Origin: a virus
Lineage: Duplodnaviria > Heunggongvirae > Uroviricota > Caudoviricetes
Length of the DNA: 31,386 bases
IMG/VR virus record: IMGVR_UViG_2713896900_000011
Direction: 5' to 3' (one strand)
Part shown: positions 8,688-18,342 of the stretch, piece by piece
How the letters are laid out: every line of letters begins with the position of its first letter
How positions within the stretch are numbered: the stretch's first letter is position 1
Translations under genes and position numbers: made by a program
The notes under the pieces: generated by a model
The model's input: only the letters and a program-made list of their open reading frames with translations
What the model was told of the DNA's origin: nothing
Database searches by the model: none

Positions 8688-10504
8688 TATGCCAGCCTCA
8701 CAATATAGTTATACGCAACGTTTTTTACGGTGTTCTCTGAATTACCTGTGGCACTTACAGTGACGGTATGACTATGCGCGCCAATCGCAATGGAATGGCT
8801 GTGAGCACCAATGCCAACCGTGTGATTATGCTGACCAATGTCGACTGTATGGGCGTGTGCTCCCGCAGAGCTTGACACCTGGTTGGTTCCTGATACCTGT
8901 ACGCGTTGTTTACCCCCGATGGAGTCACCACCGTAACGACCACCGACAGTGTGCGTATGTGCTCCTGTATTGTTTGTCGTTTTTGTCCCGTGGTTAAACG
9001 TGCTAACCGTTTTTGTCCCGTAATCAAACGAGCTGGTCGTTTTCGTTCCCAAATCCGTACTGGATGCACTGGCACTGTGGGTATGCGATTTAATGCCATC
9101 CTGTTCCTGAGACAATACAGCGCGACCACTGGCGGGTTTGCCCTTGATTGTCCAGCCGCGCATATCTGGAATCACCCCTGACGGATAAGCTGCTGCAAGC
9201 AGGGGATAGGCTGCTTTATCAAAAGTCTGCCCCTGCATCAGGGCATAGCCTGTAGGTACTGAATCAGAAGGCCACGGGATTGGAGCGCCTACCGGAAATG
9301 AATCCTGCGGTGTCCATGGTGTCCAGCCACCCGTTGAATACTGGCTGCGGGTATAGCTTCTTGATGTGTTATAGACATAGTAAATTTGTGTTATTCCGGC
9401 ATTTCTAAGCACAACCAGAGTACCTGCAAGATTCTCCGGGTATTTCAGCGATGCGCTTGTATTCGCATTCAGTGGCTGATGGTACAGTCCCGGCGTTTTG
9501 TAATTATCCAGATTCTGGTTTGCACCAATCCCAATACTCTGACCGTTAAAAATATCCTGCGATGTAATATTGACATCATTGGTCAGCGGTTTGCCATTGA
9601 CCTTACGCTCACCAGGAACGCGCCCGTTTGCATTGTCATTCGCGGCTTTAACCGCTTTTGGAGTCGCGGCAAGTGTTTCAGAATCGCTGTTAGTGGCGCT
9701 GCTTAACTGAACAATCCCTTTTCGTGCCGTGGTGGCGTCCTGTGCAGTGTATTTGCCATTAGCAAGGTCATATGCTGTCTTAACCGCCTTTGGCGTTGCT
9801 GCGAGCGTCTCAGATTCGCTGTTGATGGCACTACTTAGCTGAACAAGACCTTTTCGCCCCGTGCTGGCGTCCTGTGCGGTATATTTCCCGTTAGCAAGGT
9901 CATAGGCGTCCTTTACCGCTTTCGGCGTTGCGGCCAGTGTTTCAGACGTGCTGTTGGTCGCGCTGCTTAACTGAGTAAAACCTTTTGCGGTCAGCGAGGC
10001 GTCCGGGTGACGTCGTGACTGTTCATGCTCTGCAATCTTGTCATCAACGTAATCCTGCGTTGCCATCACCGTTGTGGTGTCAATGGTCAGCTCCACTGAG
10101 GCCACACTGCTGACGATGATGACCATGCGGCAGGTCTGCGAACGCCCTGAGCCTTCGGCAAGGGCAGGCTTATAACTTTCGGCCATGTTCGCCACGGCAA
10201 TTAACGTTCCCGCATCATCGTACAGGCCAAGCTCACGCGTCCAGAAACCGCCCACCTCCGGCGGGATAACCAGCTCTGCGATAATATAATTACTGTGTCG
10301 ATTGCCCTGACTGATTTTATTCAGGGTATGTCGCCAGACCTCATTAACAAGTTTTGTCTGTCCGGCATCCGGGACAGGCAATTTACCACCACCATCCCCG
10401 ACGGCCATCGTGGTAATGTTGACCTTCCGCCCTCCCGGCGCGGTTGCCGCTGCCAGCTTTGCTGCACCGGCAGTGGTGATAACGGTTTTGAATTTTGTGC
10501 TCAT
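8687..10504 (-). CDS. H: Tail fiber protein H (605 aa)
   Basis: The N-terminal region matches the P2 gpH position after I. It contains three tandem ~40-aa repeats ([12 protein letters not shown]...) and a C-terminal His-x-His array. Confidence 0.88.
   Translation of the reverse strand: MSTKFKTVITTAGAAKLAAATAPGGRKVNITTMAVGDGGGKLPVPDAGQTKLVNEVWRHTLNKISQGNRHSNYIIAELVIPPEVGGFWTRELGLYDDAGTLIAVANMAESYKPALAEGSGRSQTCRMVIIVSSVASVELTIDTTTVMATQDYVDDKIAEHEQSRRHPDASLTAKGFTQLSSATNSTSETLAATPKAVKDAYDLANGKYTAQDASTGRKGLVQLSSAINSESETLAATPKAVKTAYDLANGKYTAQDATTARKGIVQLSSATNSDSETLAATPKAVKAANDNANGRVPGERKVNGKPLTNDVNITSQDIFNGQSIGIGANQNLDNYKTPGLYHQPLNANTSASLKYPENLAGTLVVLRNAGITQIYYVYNTSRSYTRSQYSTGGWTPWTPQDSFPVGAPIPWPSDSVPTGYALMQGQTFDKAAYPLLAAAYPSGVIPDMRGWTIKGKPASGRAVLSQEQDGIKSHTHSASASSTDLGTKTTSSFDYGTKTVSTFNHGTKTTNNTGAHTHTVGGRYGGDSIGGKQRVQVSGTNQVSSSAGAHAHTVDIGQHNHTVGIGAHSHSIAIGAHSHTVTVSATGNSENTVKNVAYNYIVRLA
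9634..10000 (-). repeat. Three tandem ~120-bp coding repeats inside tail fiber gene H
   Basis: The protein shows LSSATNS(T/E/D)[12 protein letters not shown](D/T/A)[14 protein letters not shown] three times; the DNA shows matching near-identical ~120-bp units. Boundaries are approximate. Confidence 0.7.
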
Positions 10505-10514
10505 TATTCCTCAC

Positions 10515-11045
10515 TTATCCGGGGTAAACCGTAATTACATCGCCGTCGTAAGCCACACCACCGGCGAACAGGTGGCCGGGAATGTCCTGGGTAATGTTCA
10601 GACCAATAAGGTGACGGCTTGCAGGTTTGGCATCAGCAATCAGCCTCTCCATTTCCAGATACATTTCCTCTGTGATGCCGCTTTCCAGTACACCAATATC
10701 AAGCCGGAAGGTGCCGGGCGGGTCACTGTTTTCCCACCACTCCGTCACGTTGATGAGATAGCCGAGCGGCTCCACCACACGCCGGATTGCACCTATAGTG
10801 CCTTTATGACAGTGGATGAAATAGGCATCGCGGATAACGGCGCGTTTTGTCGCTTCCGGCCACTTTTCATCCCACCTGTCGACCGAAAACGCCCACGCCA
10901 GCCACGGCAGCAGATTTGCCGGACAGGTGTCCGGGTTCCACAGCTCACGAATACTGACCGGCGTTTTTTCAATTTCCGCACAGGCTTTTGCGGCGGCAAC
11001 TTCAAGCGGTGATGAGCCGGTCGGCAGCAGTCGCGAATCACTCAT
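10515..11045 (-). CDS. I: Baseplate assembly protein I (176 aa)
   Basis: Size and synteny match P2 gpI. Confidence 0.85.
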   Translation of the reverse strand: MSDSRLLPTGSSPLEVAAAKACAEIEKTPVSIRELWNPDTCPANLLPWLAWAFSVDRWDEKWPEATKRAVIRDAYFIHCHKGTIGAIRRVVEPLGYLINVTEWWENSDPPGTFRLDIGVLESGITEEMYLEMERLIADAKPASRHLIGLNITQDIPGHLFAGGVAYDGDVITVYPG

Positions 11046-11946
11046 CCGAGCCTCCGGTCACGACGCGGTATTCGGTGCAGAAAGACGCCTGCGTACTGTT
11101 GAGCACAATGTCGGCCAGTGGTGCAGCCAGCTCGACACGCTGCACGCCTTCCACATGCAAAGCGGCATAAATAGCAGACAGACGGATGTCGCGCCCCAGC
11201 CGGTGCTGTGCCGTGATGTACGCTTCCAGTTTTTTCACGGCAGCAGCGCGGATGGGTTCGCTTTCGGGACCAGGGTAAAGGTAAAGCGTGGCGTTTATCT
11301 GGTATTCAACGATGGCGGCAGACTGCACGGTCACGCGGTCGGCCACCGGCCTGACGTCCTCACCATTCAGGGCGTTACGCACCACGGCCAGCAGGTCTTC
11401 GGATGCGACACCGTTATTTTCACGGGACAGCACGGAGATGGTGACGCAGGCCGGAGACGGACTGGTGACCGAGATATCCGCGACACGCCCGTCGGCACTG
11501 CGACCATGATACTGATAGGCTCCCACCGACCCGGCGACGCTTAAGCCCTCAAACGCCTGCTGAATACGCAGACGATAATCGGTGTCAGACTCCATCACTG
11601 CCGGTGTCGGCGGGATAGTCGAATCATCTGCCGGGGTGATAGTCAGGCGCGTGGTGTTGTAATTGGCACCAATCACATCAAGGTCATTACCGGCGGCACA
11701 GGCCAGCATTACCGCCCGTGCGGCCTCATTCACACGCTGACGCCAGATAAGCTCACGATAAGCATTTTCCTCCAGCAGTTTGACGAGAGGTTCGGATTCC
11801 AGCGTCAGGGTACGGGCGACCGCCTCCTGCTGGTCTTCCGGGTAAAGGGAAATCAGTGTCGCCTTGCGTTCAGCGAGAATGCTTTCAAAGTCCAGCTCCT
11901 CGACCACATCCGGTGCGGGTAGCTGGTTCAGGTCGATAATCGGCAT
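11038..11946 (-). CDS. J: Baseplate protein J (302 aa)
   Basis: Size and synteny match P2 gpJ. Confidence 0.88.
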   Translation of the reverse strand: MPIIDLNQLPAPDVVEELDFESILAERKATLISLYPEDQQEAVARTLTLESEPLVKLLEENAYRELIWRQRVNEAARAVMLACAAGNDLDVIGANYNTTRLTITPADDSTIPPTPAVMESDTDYRLRIQQAFEGLSVAGSVGAYQYHGRSADGRVADISVTSPSPACVTISVLSRENNGVASEDLLAVVRNALNGEDVRPVADRVTVQSAAIVEYQINATLYLYPGPESEPIRAAAVKKLEAYITAQHRLGRDIRLSAIYAALHVEGVQRVELAAPLADIVLNSTQASFCTEYRVVTGGSDE

Positions 11947-11950
11947 GGTT

Positions 11951-12298
11951 TCAACTCACAGGGATGGTTAATGAAAGTGGCTGGCCGGTGTCGTTGTGCT
12001 GGCCGGTTAACGTGACCGTCATTCGCCCGTCAAAACTGCGCTCAGTGGTGACGGATGACAGGGTGACGCGGGGTTCCCATTTCAGCACCGCCATGTAACA
12101 GGCGACCTTAATCTGCAACTCAAGCGCCGGGGTCTGCGGCTGGTCAATCATTGATGCCAGCAACGAGCCGTAATCACGACGCATCACCCGTGAGCCGACC
12201 GGTGTGCGCAGGATATCGCCGATACTCTGGCTGATATGCTCAAGGTCAGTGACAGTCAGGCCATCACTGCGATTCATTCCGAGATAACGCGCTGTCAT
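11951..12298 (-). CDS. W: Baseplate wedge protein W (115 aa, gp25-like)
   Basis: Size and synteny match P2 gpW. Confidence 0.85.
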   Translation of the reverse strand: MTARYLGMNRSDGLTVTDLEHISQSIGDILRTPVGSRVMRRDYGSLLASMIDQPQTPALELQIKVACYMAVLKWEPRVTLSSVTTERSFDGRMTVTLTGQHNDTGQPLSLTIPVS

Positions 12299-12930
12299 AA
12301 AGGACTCCCGGTTGTGCCGCCGCTGTCGCCGGGGTGTTTATGGGTATGCAGTACCTTCCCGTTTGATGAGAGCTCACCGCCGTTGTGTTCAATGTTGCCA
12401 CGCATCGTCCCGCCCTTCTGCACTTCCAGCGTGCCGGTAATCAGCCTGTTGGTGCAGACCACCTCCGGTGTGTCCAGTGTGATGCGGGTTGACGCTTTCA
12501 CCATGACCACCGGCACCGTGGCAGTAACAGAATCAGAAGCCGTCACGCTGGCCGTTTTAATTCCGCTTACCGTGAGTGCACTGGTTTCGGGTTCATACTC
12601 AATCACCGCCCCGTCAGGGAAACGGATATGCAGGGCATCCGCCGACGCAGACGGCGCGGGGTTATCGCCGGAATAAATCCCCGGCAGAACAAACGCCGTG
12701 TCAAGTTCACCGCCCACGGCCAGAATCAGCACCTGCTCCCCCACGGAAGGTGCCCACCATGTGCGCGAACGCCCGGCACGACAGGTCAGCCACTGAAGCC
12801 AGTCGGTGCACATGCCGCCGGTCTGCACACGGCAGCGACCGGATTTAAGGTTGGTTTCGACGACAAGGCCGGTGCGAATCATGTTGCGCAGTGCGCGCGC
12901 GAGTTCCTGGATATTTGCGAGAGTGTTCAT
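12295..12930 (-). CDS. V: Baseplate spike/assembly protein V (211 aa)
   Basis: Size and synteny match P2 gpV. Confidence 0.85.
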   Translation of the reverse strand: MNTLANIQELARALRNMIRTGLVVETNLKSGRCRVQTGGMCTDWLQWLTCRAGRSRTWWAPSVGEQVLILAVGGELDTAFVLPGIYSGDNPAPSASADALHIRFPDGAVIEYEPETSALTVSGIKTASVTASDSVTATVPVVMVKASTRITLDTPEVVCTNRLITGTLEVQKGGTMRGNIEHNGGELSSNGKVLHTHKHPGDSGGTTGSPL

Positions 12931-12996
12931 AACGGGAAGGATGCCGCCGGGTCATACCGGCGGCAATGTGACGATGAGGTGTCAGGAGTGGCACAA

Positions 12997-13449
12997 CTAA
13001 CGGTCGAGGTGAGCCAGGATAATCTCTTCAATCATCTGCACATCCTCACCGGTAAAGCCGAGCAGAGGACGCGCCGGATAATCAATTTTCTTACCGTCTT
13101 TCCGGGTTTCTTCCGACAGACCGAACTGATGCACACTGGCTATTTTCGGTGACTTCCCGCCGTAAAACTCCATTGACGCCTGTTCAGGGCTGGCGCGGAT
13201 ATGCAAAAAACGACTGGTGATAAGTTTCGCAAACATTTTTCGTTTAATGCGACCGGTCTTTTTTCTGGCGCTCTGCTGCTGGCGTGGTGCGTAGGGTGTG
13301 CCGTCCGGGGCTTTCTGTGCCATCACCCGACGCTGCTGACTCTGCCGCAGGCGTTTCGCCAGTTCGGCACTCAGTCGCCGACGCCCTGACGGTGACAGCG
13401 ACTCAATCAGTCCGGTCAGCCGGTCTTCAAAACGCTTAAACTCATTCAT
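12997..13449 (-). CDS. S: Tail completion protein S (150 aa)
   Basis: Size and synteny match P2 gpS. Confidence 0.85.
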   Translation of the reverse strand: MNEFKRFEDRLTGLIESLSPSGRRRLSAELAKRLRQSQQRRVMAQKAPDGTPYAPRQQQSARKKTGRIKRKMFAKLITSRFLHIRASPEQASMEFYGGKSPKIASVHQFGLSEETRKDGKKIDYPARPLLGFTGEDVQMIEEIILAHLDR

Positions 13450-13909
13450 CCCACTTACTCACCAGTTCACCATTGATATAAAGCTCCATCGGGCGGGTAA
13501 CCGGCTCCGGCGGCGGGGGTTCCGGGATATTCTTCACATGCAGTGCGCCGTCCACCTCACTGACCAGCGTGCGCTCGGTCAGCATCAGGCTGATGCTGAT
13601 ATCAAAGCTGCTGTCATTGTTGATGTCCGCATAAAACGTGAAGCCCTTTTTCTGGCCTTCGTCGGTGGTCATGATGTCGGGCTGATTTTCCCGCAGCCAC
13701 GCCAGCACCGGCACGATGAGCAGGTCAAAATCACCGGTAAAGTCGGTCACAATGACATTGAGCGTGTAACGCTTTTCGAATGACAACGACGTCGCCAGCG
13801 TGGAGGCAATACTCCCGTTATCCACGAATATCCGCAGCATATCGGGGTTAGTTTTCAACACCGTGACGGCATCAGTCAGCGCCCTGCGCAGGCTGTCGGG
13901 TTTGAGCAT
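13442..13909 (-). CDS. R: Tail completion protein R (155 aa)
   Basis: Size and synteny match P2 gpR. Confidence 0.85.
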   Translation of the reverse strand: MLKPDSLRRALTDAVTVLKTNPDMLRIFVDNGSIASTLATSLSFEKRYTLNVIVTDFTGDFDLLIVPVLAWLRENQPDIMTTDEGQKKGFTFYADINNDSSFDISISLMLTERTLVSEVDGALHVKNIPEPPPPEPVTRPMELYINGELVSKWDE

Positions 13910-14162
13910 CGTTTTCGTCCTGACAGTGTTTAATCATTTTTACCTGGCTGGCACAGCGTGCCAGCGCGTTCTCAAGCTGCCGGATATCGGCACTTAAATC
14001 ACCGTTCGTCTCCGGGTCACTGCCCGGCATCGGGCAAAGACTCACTTTCGGGCAGGCGTTGGCGACAATCACTGGCGTCGGTGCAGGCCGGGCGCTGGTG
14101 CAACCGGCGCACAGCATCAGGCAGGTCAGCACCGTACCAGCGGCGAAAATCTTCGTTTTCAT
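13872..14162 (-). CDS. lysC: LysC, Rz1-like outer-membrane spanin lipoprotein (about 96 aa)
   Basis: The internal ATG at 14160-14162 starts MKTKIFAAGTVLTCLMLCAGCTS, a lipoprotein signal with an LCAGC lipobox. The gene begins inside lysB in another frame and runs into R, as in P2. The track's 135-aa version begins further upstream. Confidence 0.75.
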   Translation of the reverse strand: MKTKIFAAGTVLTCLMLCAGCTSARPAPTPVIVANACPKVSLCPMPGSDPETNGDLSADIRQLENALARCASQVKMIKHCQDENDAQTRQPAQGAD

Positions 14163-14442
14163 TAAGTAACCTCGTGATGGTTTTCTCGCGCTGTGCTTCA
14201 CGCTTCGCGGCGTTCTCCAGTTCCTGACGCAGTGCCACCTGCGCCAGCTCGTTTTTGTCTGCTCTGGTGAGGGCAACATGAAGCTGATTTTTCAGCATGG
14301 TGATGGTCACCTGCTGTTCACTGGCGACGTTGTTCACCCTGTCCAGCGAGGCGCGCAGGCTGGCGTTTTCATGCTTCGCCAGAAACAGCCCCGCCACCGC
14401 CAGTGATAACAACACAACCAGCACAATCATCAGTTTTGACAT
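14017..14442 (-). CDS. lysB: LysB, Rz-like inner-membrane spanin (141 aa)
   Basis: An N-terminal transmembrane helix (MSKLMIVLVVLLSLAVAGLFLA) followed by a coiled-coil-like periplasmic domain, in the P2 lysB position. Confidence 0.8.
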   Translation of the reverse strand: MSKLMIVLVVLLSLAVAGLFLAKHENASLRASLDRVNNVASEQQVTITMLKNQLHVALTRADKNELAQVALRQELENAAKREAQREKTITRLLNENEDFRRWYGADLPDAVRRLHQRPACTDASDCRQRLPESESLPDAGQ

Positions 14443-14855
14443 GGTTCCCGCCCCTCAAAACGCTGACGGCAGGCCGTACGTATCAGCCGGAAGAACAGCG
14501 ACGCCACGAGGTAAATCAGCGCAGTAAAAATCCACCCGGCAGCGACCAGCGAGATAAACGTCGCCACCATCACCACCAGACCCACCGCCCGTCTGCACCA
14601 CGTCACCGGCTGCAAAAACAGCGACGTGACAATCTTCACGGCCTGCGATTCCGGCGGCAGCTCCCGCCCGTAGCGTTCCAGCACATACTCAGTGACATAC
14701 ACGCCGACACCACCGGCAACCACACAGATAACCGTCGCCAGAATCGCCCAGGTGGCGACAAAACTGACGGCCACGCTCTGCGGGTAAATCAGGGACAGTG
14801 CCAGCATCAGCGCCAGCGACACATTCAGCATCAGTGAAAGGGATAATTTCTTCAT
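14430..14855 (-). CDS. lysA: LysA, lysis-timing membrane protein (141 aa)
   Basis: A multi-pass hydrophobic protein between K and lysB, matching P2 lysA in size and position. Confidence 0.8.
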   Translation of the reverse strand: MKKLSLSLMLNVSLALMLALSLIYPQSVAVSFVATWAILATVICVVAGGVGVYVTEYVLERYGRELPPESQAVKIVTSLFLQPVTWCRRAVGLVVMVATFISLVAAGWIFTALIYLVASLFFRLIRTACRQRFEGREPCQN

Positions 14856-14869
14856 GGTGTTTACTCCGT

Positions 14870-15367
14870 TTAAGCCGGTACGCCGCCAGCGGTACGCCAG
14901 ACGGTGACCAGTTTTTCCAGTGAATGCTCACGCTGACCGTAACCGGCACCCGGCAGGGACGCCCAGATATTGCGACAGCGTGAAATGGCGCGCTCAATGC
15001 GTCCCGCCCGGATGTCGTCCAGCGCACCGCGTTCGCGGATCAACTGAATGGCGAGTCTGTCCTGTGACAACGGACTGAAATCCGGCAGGGCAAGCTGTTT
15101 GCGGTAGTGCGGCCAGAACAGGTAAAGCTGCTGATAGCGACCGGAGGCCGTGGATTTTTCACCGCGACGGTTAAACACCTTCGCCGGTCGGCCATGCGCG
15201 AACGGGTGGTCACTGTAGTCGGTGAAAATTTCCGGCTTTCCGTCCACTCCGGTGACTATCACGTCATAACCCCGGTTTTTCGTCAGCGGGTGATTCGCCG
15301 TCCCTTCGGAAACGGCCAGCATGTCGAGAAAGGCGGCGATATTCTGATGCGTGTTAATTACCGGCAT
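14870..15367 (-). CDS. K: Endolysin K (165 aa)
   Basis: Size and synteny match P2 gpK, right after the holin. The start overlaps the Y stop. Confidence 0.88.
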   Translation of the reverse strand: MPVINTHQNIAAFLDMLAVSEGTANHPLTKNRGYDVIVTGVDGKPEIFTDYSDHPFAHGRPAKVFNRRGEKSTASGRYQQLYLFWPHYRKQLALPDFSPLSQDRLAIQLIRERGALDDIRAGRIERAISRCRNIWASLPGAGYGQREHSLEKLVTVWRTAGGVPA

Positions 15368-15648
15368 TACTGTTTCCCCCTGCCCTTAAAGCGGCGCTGA
15401 ATGGCAATCTCAATCACCTGATAACCGGCGATACCCAGCATGGAGCCGATGCCGCACACCGCAGGCAGTGACAGGTCAGGAAACTGCACCAGAACAACAC
15501 CGGCAACCATCGAGACAAAACCACCGAGCAACATGCGCCCGATAAACAGACGTGGGGTGATGGGTTCACCACCGGCAAGCACCTTGCCGACAACAATCAG
15601 CACCCCAATCATGAAAAGCGACAGGACGCTTTTTTCTTCTGCTGTCAT
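15367..15648 (-). CDS. Y: Holin Y (93 aa)
   Basis: A small protein with hydrophobic helices and a charged C-terminus (RRFKGRGKQ), matching P2 gpY in size and position. Confidence 0.85.
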   Translation of the reverse strand: MTAEEKSVLSLFMIGVLIVVGKVLAGGEPITPRLFIGRMLLGGFVSMVAGVVLVQFPDLSLPAVCGIGSMLGIAGYQVIEIAIQRRFKGRGKQ

Positions 15649-15651
15649 GCG

Positions 15652-15855
15652 TTACTCCCACAGATTGACAGTTTCAGCCACGGGCGCGGTCTGAACGTCG
15701 GGCAGTTCGACGGCGGTGCCGTGTGGCAGCACCGCACCCAGTTCAGCCAGTCCCGGATTTGCGGCGAGCACGGTCTCAACCACGCCCTCAGTGCGCCCGT
15801 AATACCGGACACAGATGGCGTCGAGCGTGTCGCCCTGTAGCGCAAAGGTCTTCAT
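15652..15855 (-). CDS. X: Tail protein X (67 aa, LysM-like)
   Basis: The internal start MKTFALQGDTLDAICVRYYG... gives 67 aa, equal to P2 gpX. The track's 90-aa ORF has an upstream extension. Confidence 0.85.
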   Translation of the reverse strand: MKTFALQGDTLDAICVRYYGRTEGVVETVLAANPGLAELGAVLPHGTAVELPDVQTAPVAETVNLWE

Positions 15856-16364
15856 CAGATTTGACTCACGATGCAGCGCGGCTTGTCCTGGATGCGCGCC
15901 ACTGCCCAGCGCATATCCCGCCACAGCTCATCAATGGTGCTGTCAATGCTGTCGGCCTTCTTGTCGCCTTTCGCACTGGCATCCACGCCGCGATAACGCT
16001 CATAAAGCGATGCGGTTGCCATCGCACACACGGCGCGCTCGTAGTAAAAAACTTTGATGCTTTCACCGTCGATGTCGTCCGCCGGGACGTCCGCCAGACG
16101 CGTAAAACCGGCAGCAATTTTCTGTTCGCGGTACTCGTACAGCTCCGCATTCGTCTCCGCCATGCCTGACTTGATGGCCTCACGCAGACGGGCGGGGGCG
16201 ACGGTCTGCTCAAGGCGCATACGTTCCCGGACGCGCTTCGGGTCGATATCGGGAAAAAAGAACGTGTTTTTAATCACCGGCTCGTCGCCTGCCGGTTGCG
16301 GGATGACCACCGTACCCTCACCGGACACGGGAGCCTCCTTTCGCGGAATAATCAGCGTCATCAT
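15855..16364 (-). CDS. L: Head completion/stabilisation protein L (169 aa)
   Basis: The ATG at 16362-16364 (MMTLIIPRK...) gives 169 aa, equal to P2 gpL. The track's ORF extends 20 codons upstream. Confidence 0.85.
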   Translation of the reverse strand: MMTLIIPRKEAPVSGEGTVVIPQPAGDEPVIKNTFFFPDIDPKRVRERMRLEQTVAPARLREAIKSGMAETNAELYEYREQKIAAGFTRLADVPADDIDGESIKVFYYERAVCAMATASLYERYRGVDASAKGDKKADSIDSTIDELWRDMRWAVARIQDKPRCIVSQI

Positions 16365-16463
16365 GACTACCTCTGAAAAGTCGGGCGGTGGACGCCGGTG
16401 CAGTGTCAGGTGATTCACCCTCACTGACCGGCGTGCCGCCCTGGCGCGGGGCGCATTCGGTTG

Positions 16464-17207
16464 TTAACTGGCTTTCTTTTTCGGGCGTCCACGTTTTGCC
16501 GGTGTCACGCTCCGTGTCTTACGCGGGGCGCGGGTGACCGCTTTGGGCTGCGGCTCCGGCTTCGGTTTCAGCTCCCGCTCCAGTCGTTCAATCTCTTTTT
16601 TGACGCCTGCCTGACAGTCGAGCTGTGTCGCGCGTTGCAGGTGCGCCAGCGCACCGGCGGCATCACCACCGTCACGCAGAAACAGACCGGTGATTTTGTG
16701 CAGCTTTGCGCGCACTTCATCAGGCATGTCAGCAGCGGCAGTCAGTTCAAGGGTCTCCGTCAGCAGGCGGGTATCAACAGACTCACCGGCCGAGTGGGCG
16801 CGCATGGCCGCAAGCGCCACCTCCTCGGTGAACATGTACGGCGGGGTACGGCGGTGTTTACCCGGCATGGTCAGACCGTACTTCAGGGCATAACGGGCAA
16901 TCTCCAGCGCACCGGCAATATCGCCGGTATCCAGACGCCACAGCATGACCGTCATCAGAATGTCATCCTGTGCACCTTTGCCCTGCTCCAGCACGCCGTT
17001 CACCCACGGCAACCAGAACGGCAGCAGTTCGCGTTTTTTCGCGGCCTTAAGCTCTTTTGAATAAATCGCTTTCAGTGTGCGCTGGTCTGCGGCGAGCTTA
17101 ACCAGCATCTGCTCATAGACAGTTGCATGTCGCAGCGGGGCGGCTTCCCGCTGCGCGGTCATCGCTGCCGAGACCCGCATCATGTGGCGCTGTGCGGGAC
17201 TCGTCAT
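16464..17207 (-). CDS. M: Terminase small/endonuclease subunit M (247 aa)
   Basis: Size and synteny match P2 gpM; the C-terminus is basic and Lys/Pro-rich. Confidence 0.88.
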   Translation of the reverse strand: MTSPAQRHMMRVSAAMTAQREAAPLRHATVYEQMLVKLAADQRTLKAIYSKELKAAKKRELLPFWLPWVNGVLEQGKGAQDDILMTVMLWRLDTGDIAGALEIARYALKYGLTMPGKHRRTPPYMFTEEVALAAMRAHSAGESVDTRLLTETLELTAAADMPDEVRAKLHKITGLFLRDGGDAAGALAHLQRATQLDCQAGVKKEIERLERELKPKPEPQPKAVTRAPRKTRSVTPAKRGRPKKKAS

Positions 17208-17210
17208 CGG

Positions 17211-18284
17211 TTACGCTCCCGGCTCTGCGGTCGCTTTATCCGGTGTGGAAAAATCACCGACCTTAATTTTTTCCACCAGACAACCGGCGGCGTAGTCTTC
17301 CACCACGTAATCAATGTTCATTGACTCGTAGTTCTCCACGCGGTCGAGTTTCGGGTTTTCCACAATCACGCGGCGATGGCTGTCATCCATGTAGTAGATG
17401 GACAGGTTTTCCAGCTTCGTGATGAGCATCGCATCCGCCGGGAAGTACGGGACGCGTACCGCCGGCAGGTTGCCGATGCGTTTCTGGCTGATGATGACGT
17501 CAGCGGCCAGCATCTCGCTGTTGTCCTGCTCCTTGTTAACGATGGGGAAATACTTGTCCGCCAGTAGCTGACGCCCCACAATCACCACAAGGTCAGGGTC
17601 TTCCTGATACCACGGCTCAATCAGGTTGTTGGTCGCATCCATCACCAGTGCATCAAGGCTGGCATAATCACCACCCTTACCCACGCGGATGACCTCAGAG
17701 GTGGTGTGACCTTCCTCGTCAGTAACCTTGCTCATCACGCGCGCCGGGGCTTCATTGCGGTATTTCTGCAGCCAGCCGACCGCCACATCCTGCAGCATCG
17801 GGTTACTGCTGCGGTCAGAGGTTTCGGCACGCTTCACGCCGTTAAAACCGGCCATGATGAAATCAAGGGACTGGCGTTTGATAATGGCGTTACGGATACG
17901 GAGCTGGAAATCCTGATAACGCGCCCACAGGTCAAGCGTTTTGTAGCGGATATAAAAATCGAAGTTAATCTGGTCGCATTCGTACTTACTGGACGCCAGC
18001 TTCGAGAAGTCCTTCGGCTGACGCTCGGTGCCACCGGCGGTGTCGGTGGTGCTGGCGATGGAGCCGGTGACACCGATACCAATTTTTTCCCCTTTCATTT
18101 CGCTGACCGGCACAATGTTGATGCGGGTCAGAAAGTCAGAGGACTCCTGCATGGTGTTCATCAGGGTCTGGGTGACCGACGGTTCAACGGTGAATTTTTT
18201 CGACACATCACCGGCGTCGATGCCGTTCAGCTCGGCAACACGGGACAGGTAGGCATTAAATTTAAAGCGGGTTTCCTGGCGCAT
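17211..18284 (-). CDS. N: Major capsid protein N (357 aa)
   Basis: Size and synteny match P2 gpN. Confidence 0.9.
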   Translation of the reverse strand: MRQETRFKFNAYLSRVAELNGIDAGDVSKKFTVEPSVTQTLMNTMQESSDFLTRINIVPVSEMKGEKIGIGVTGSIASTTDTAGGTERQPKDFSKLASSKYECDQINFDFYIRYKTLDLWARYQDFQLRIRNAIIKRQSLDFIMAGFNGVKRAETSDRSSNPMLQDVAVGWLQKYRNEAPARVMSKVTDEEGHTTSEVIRVGKGGDYASLDALVMDATNNLIEPWYQEDPDLVVIVGRQLLADKYFPIVNKEQDNSEMLAADVIISQKRIGNLPAVRVPYFPADAMLITKLENLSIYYMDDSHRRVIVENPKLDRVENYESMNIDYVVEDYAAGCLVEKIKVGDFSTPDKATAEPGA

Positions 18285-18342
18285 AGTTTTTCCTGAAATT
18301 AAGGGTTAATCGTGAAGGTTTTCCCGGACTGACTGACGCCGG

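Noticed and set aside
8755-9129. Periodic DNA in the 3' part of H, and the tandem repeats at 9634..10000, considered as a possible CRISPR-like or other non-coding repeat array.
   Set aside because: The periodicity is explained by codon-level repetition of His-x-His and the ~40-aa tail fiber repeats within one continuous reading frame. There is no repeat-spacer structure, and the ORF 8755..9129 is an alternate frame of H.
12931-12996. The S-V intergenic spacer, checked for an orf30-like cargo insertion as in P2.
   Set aside because: The spacer is only 66 bp with no ORF, so this P2 moron site is empty here.
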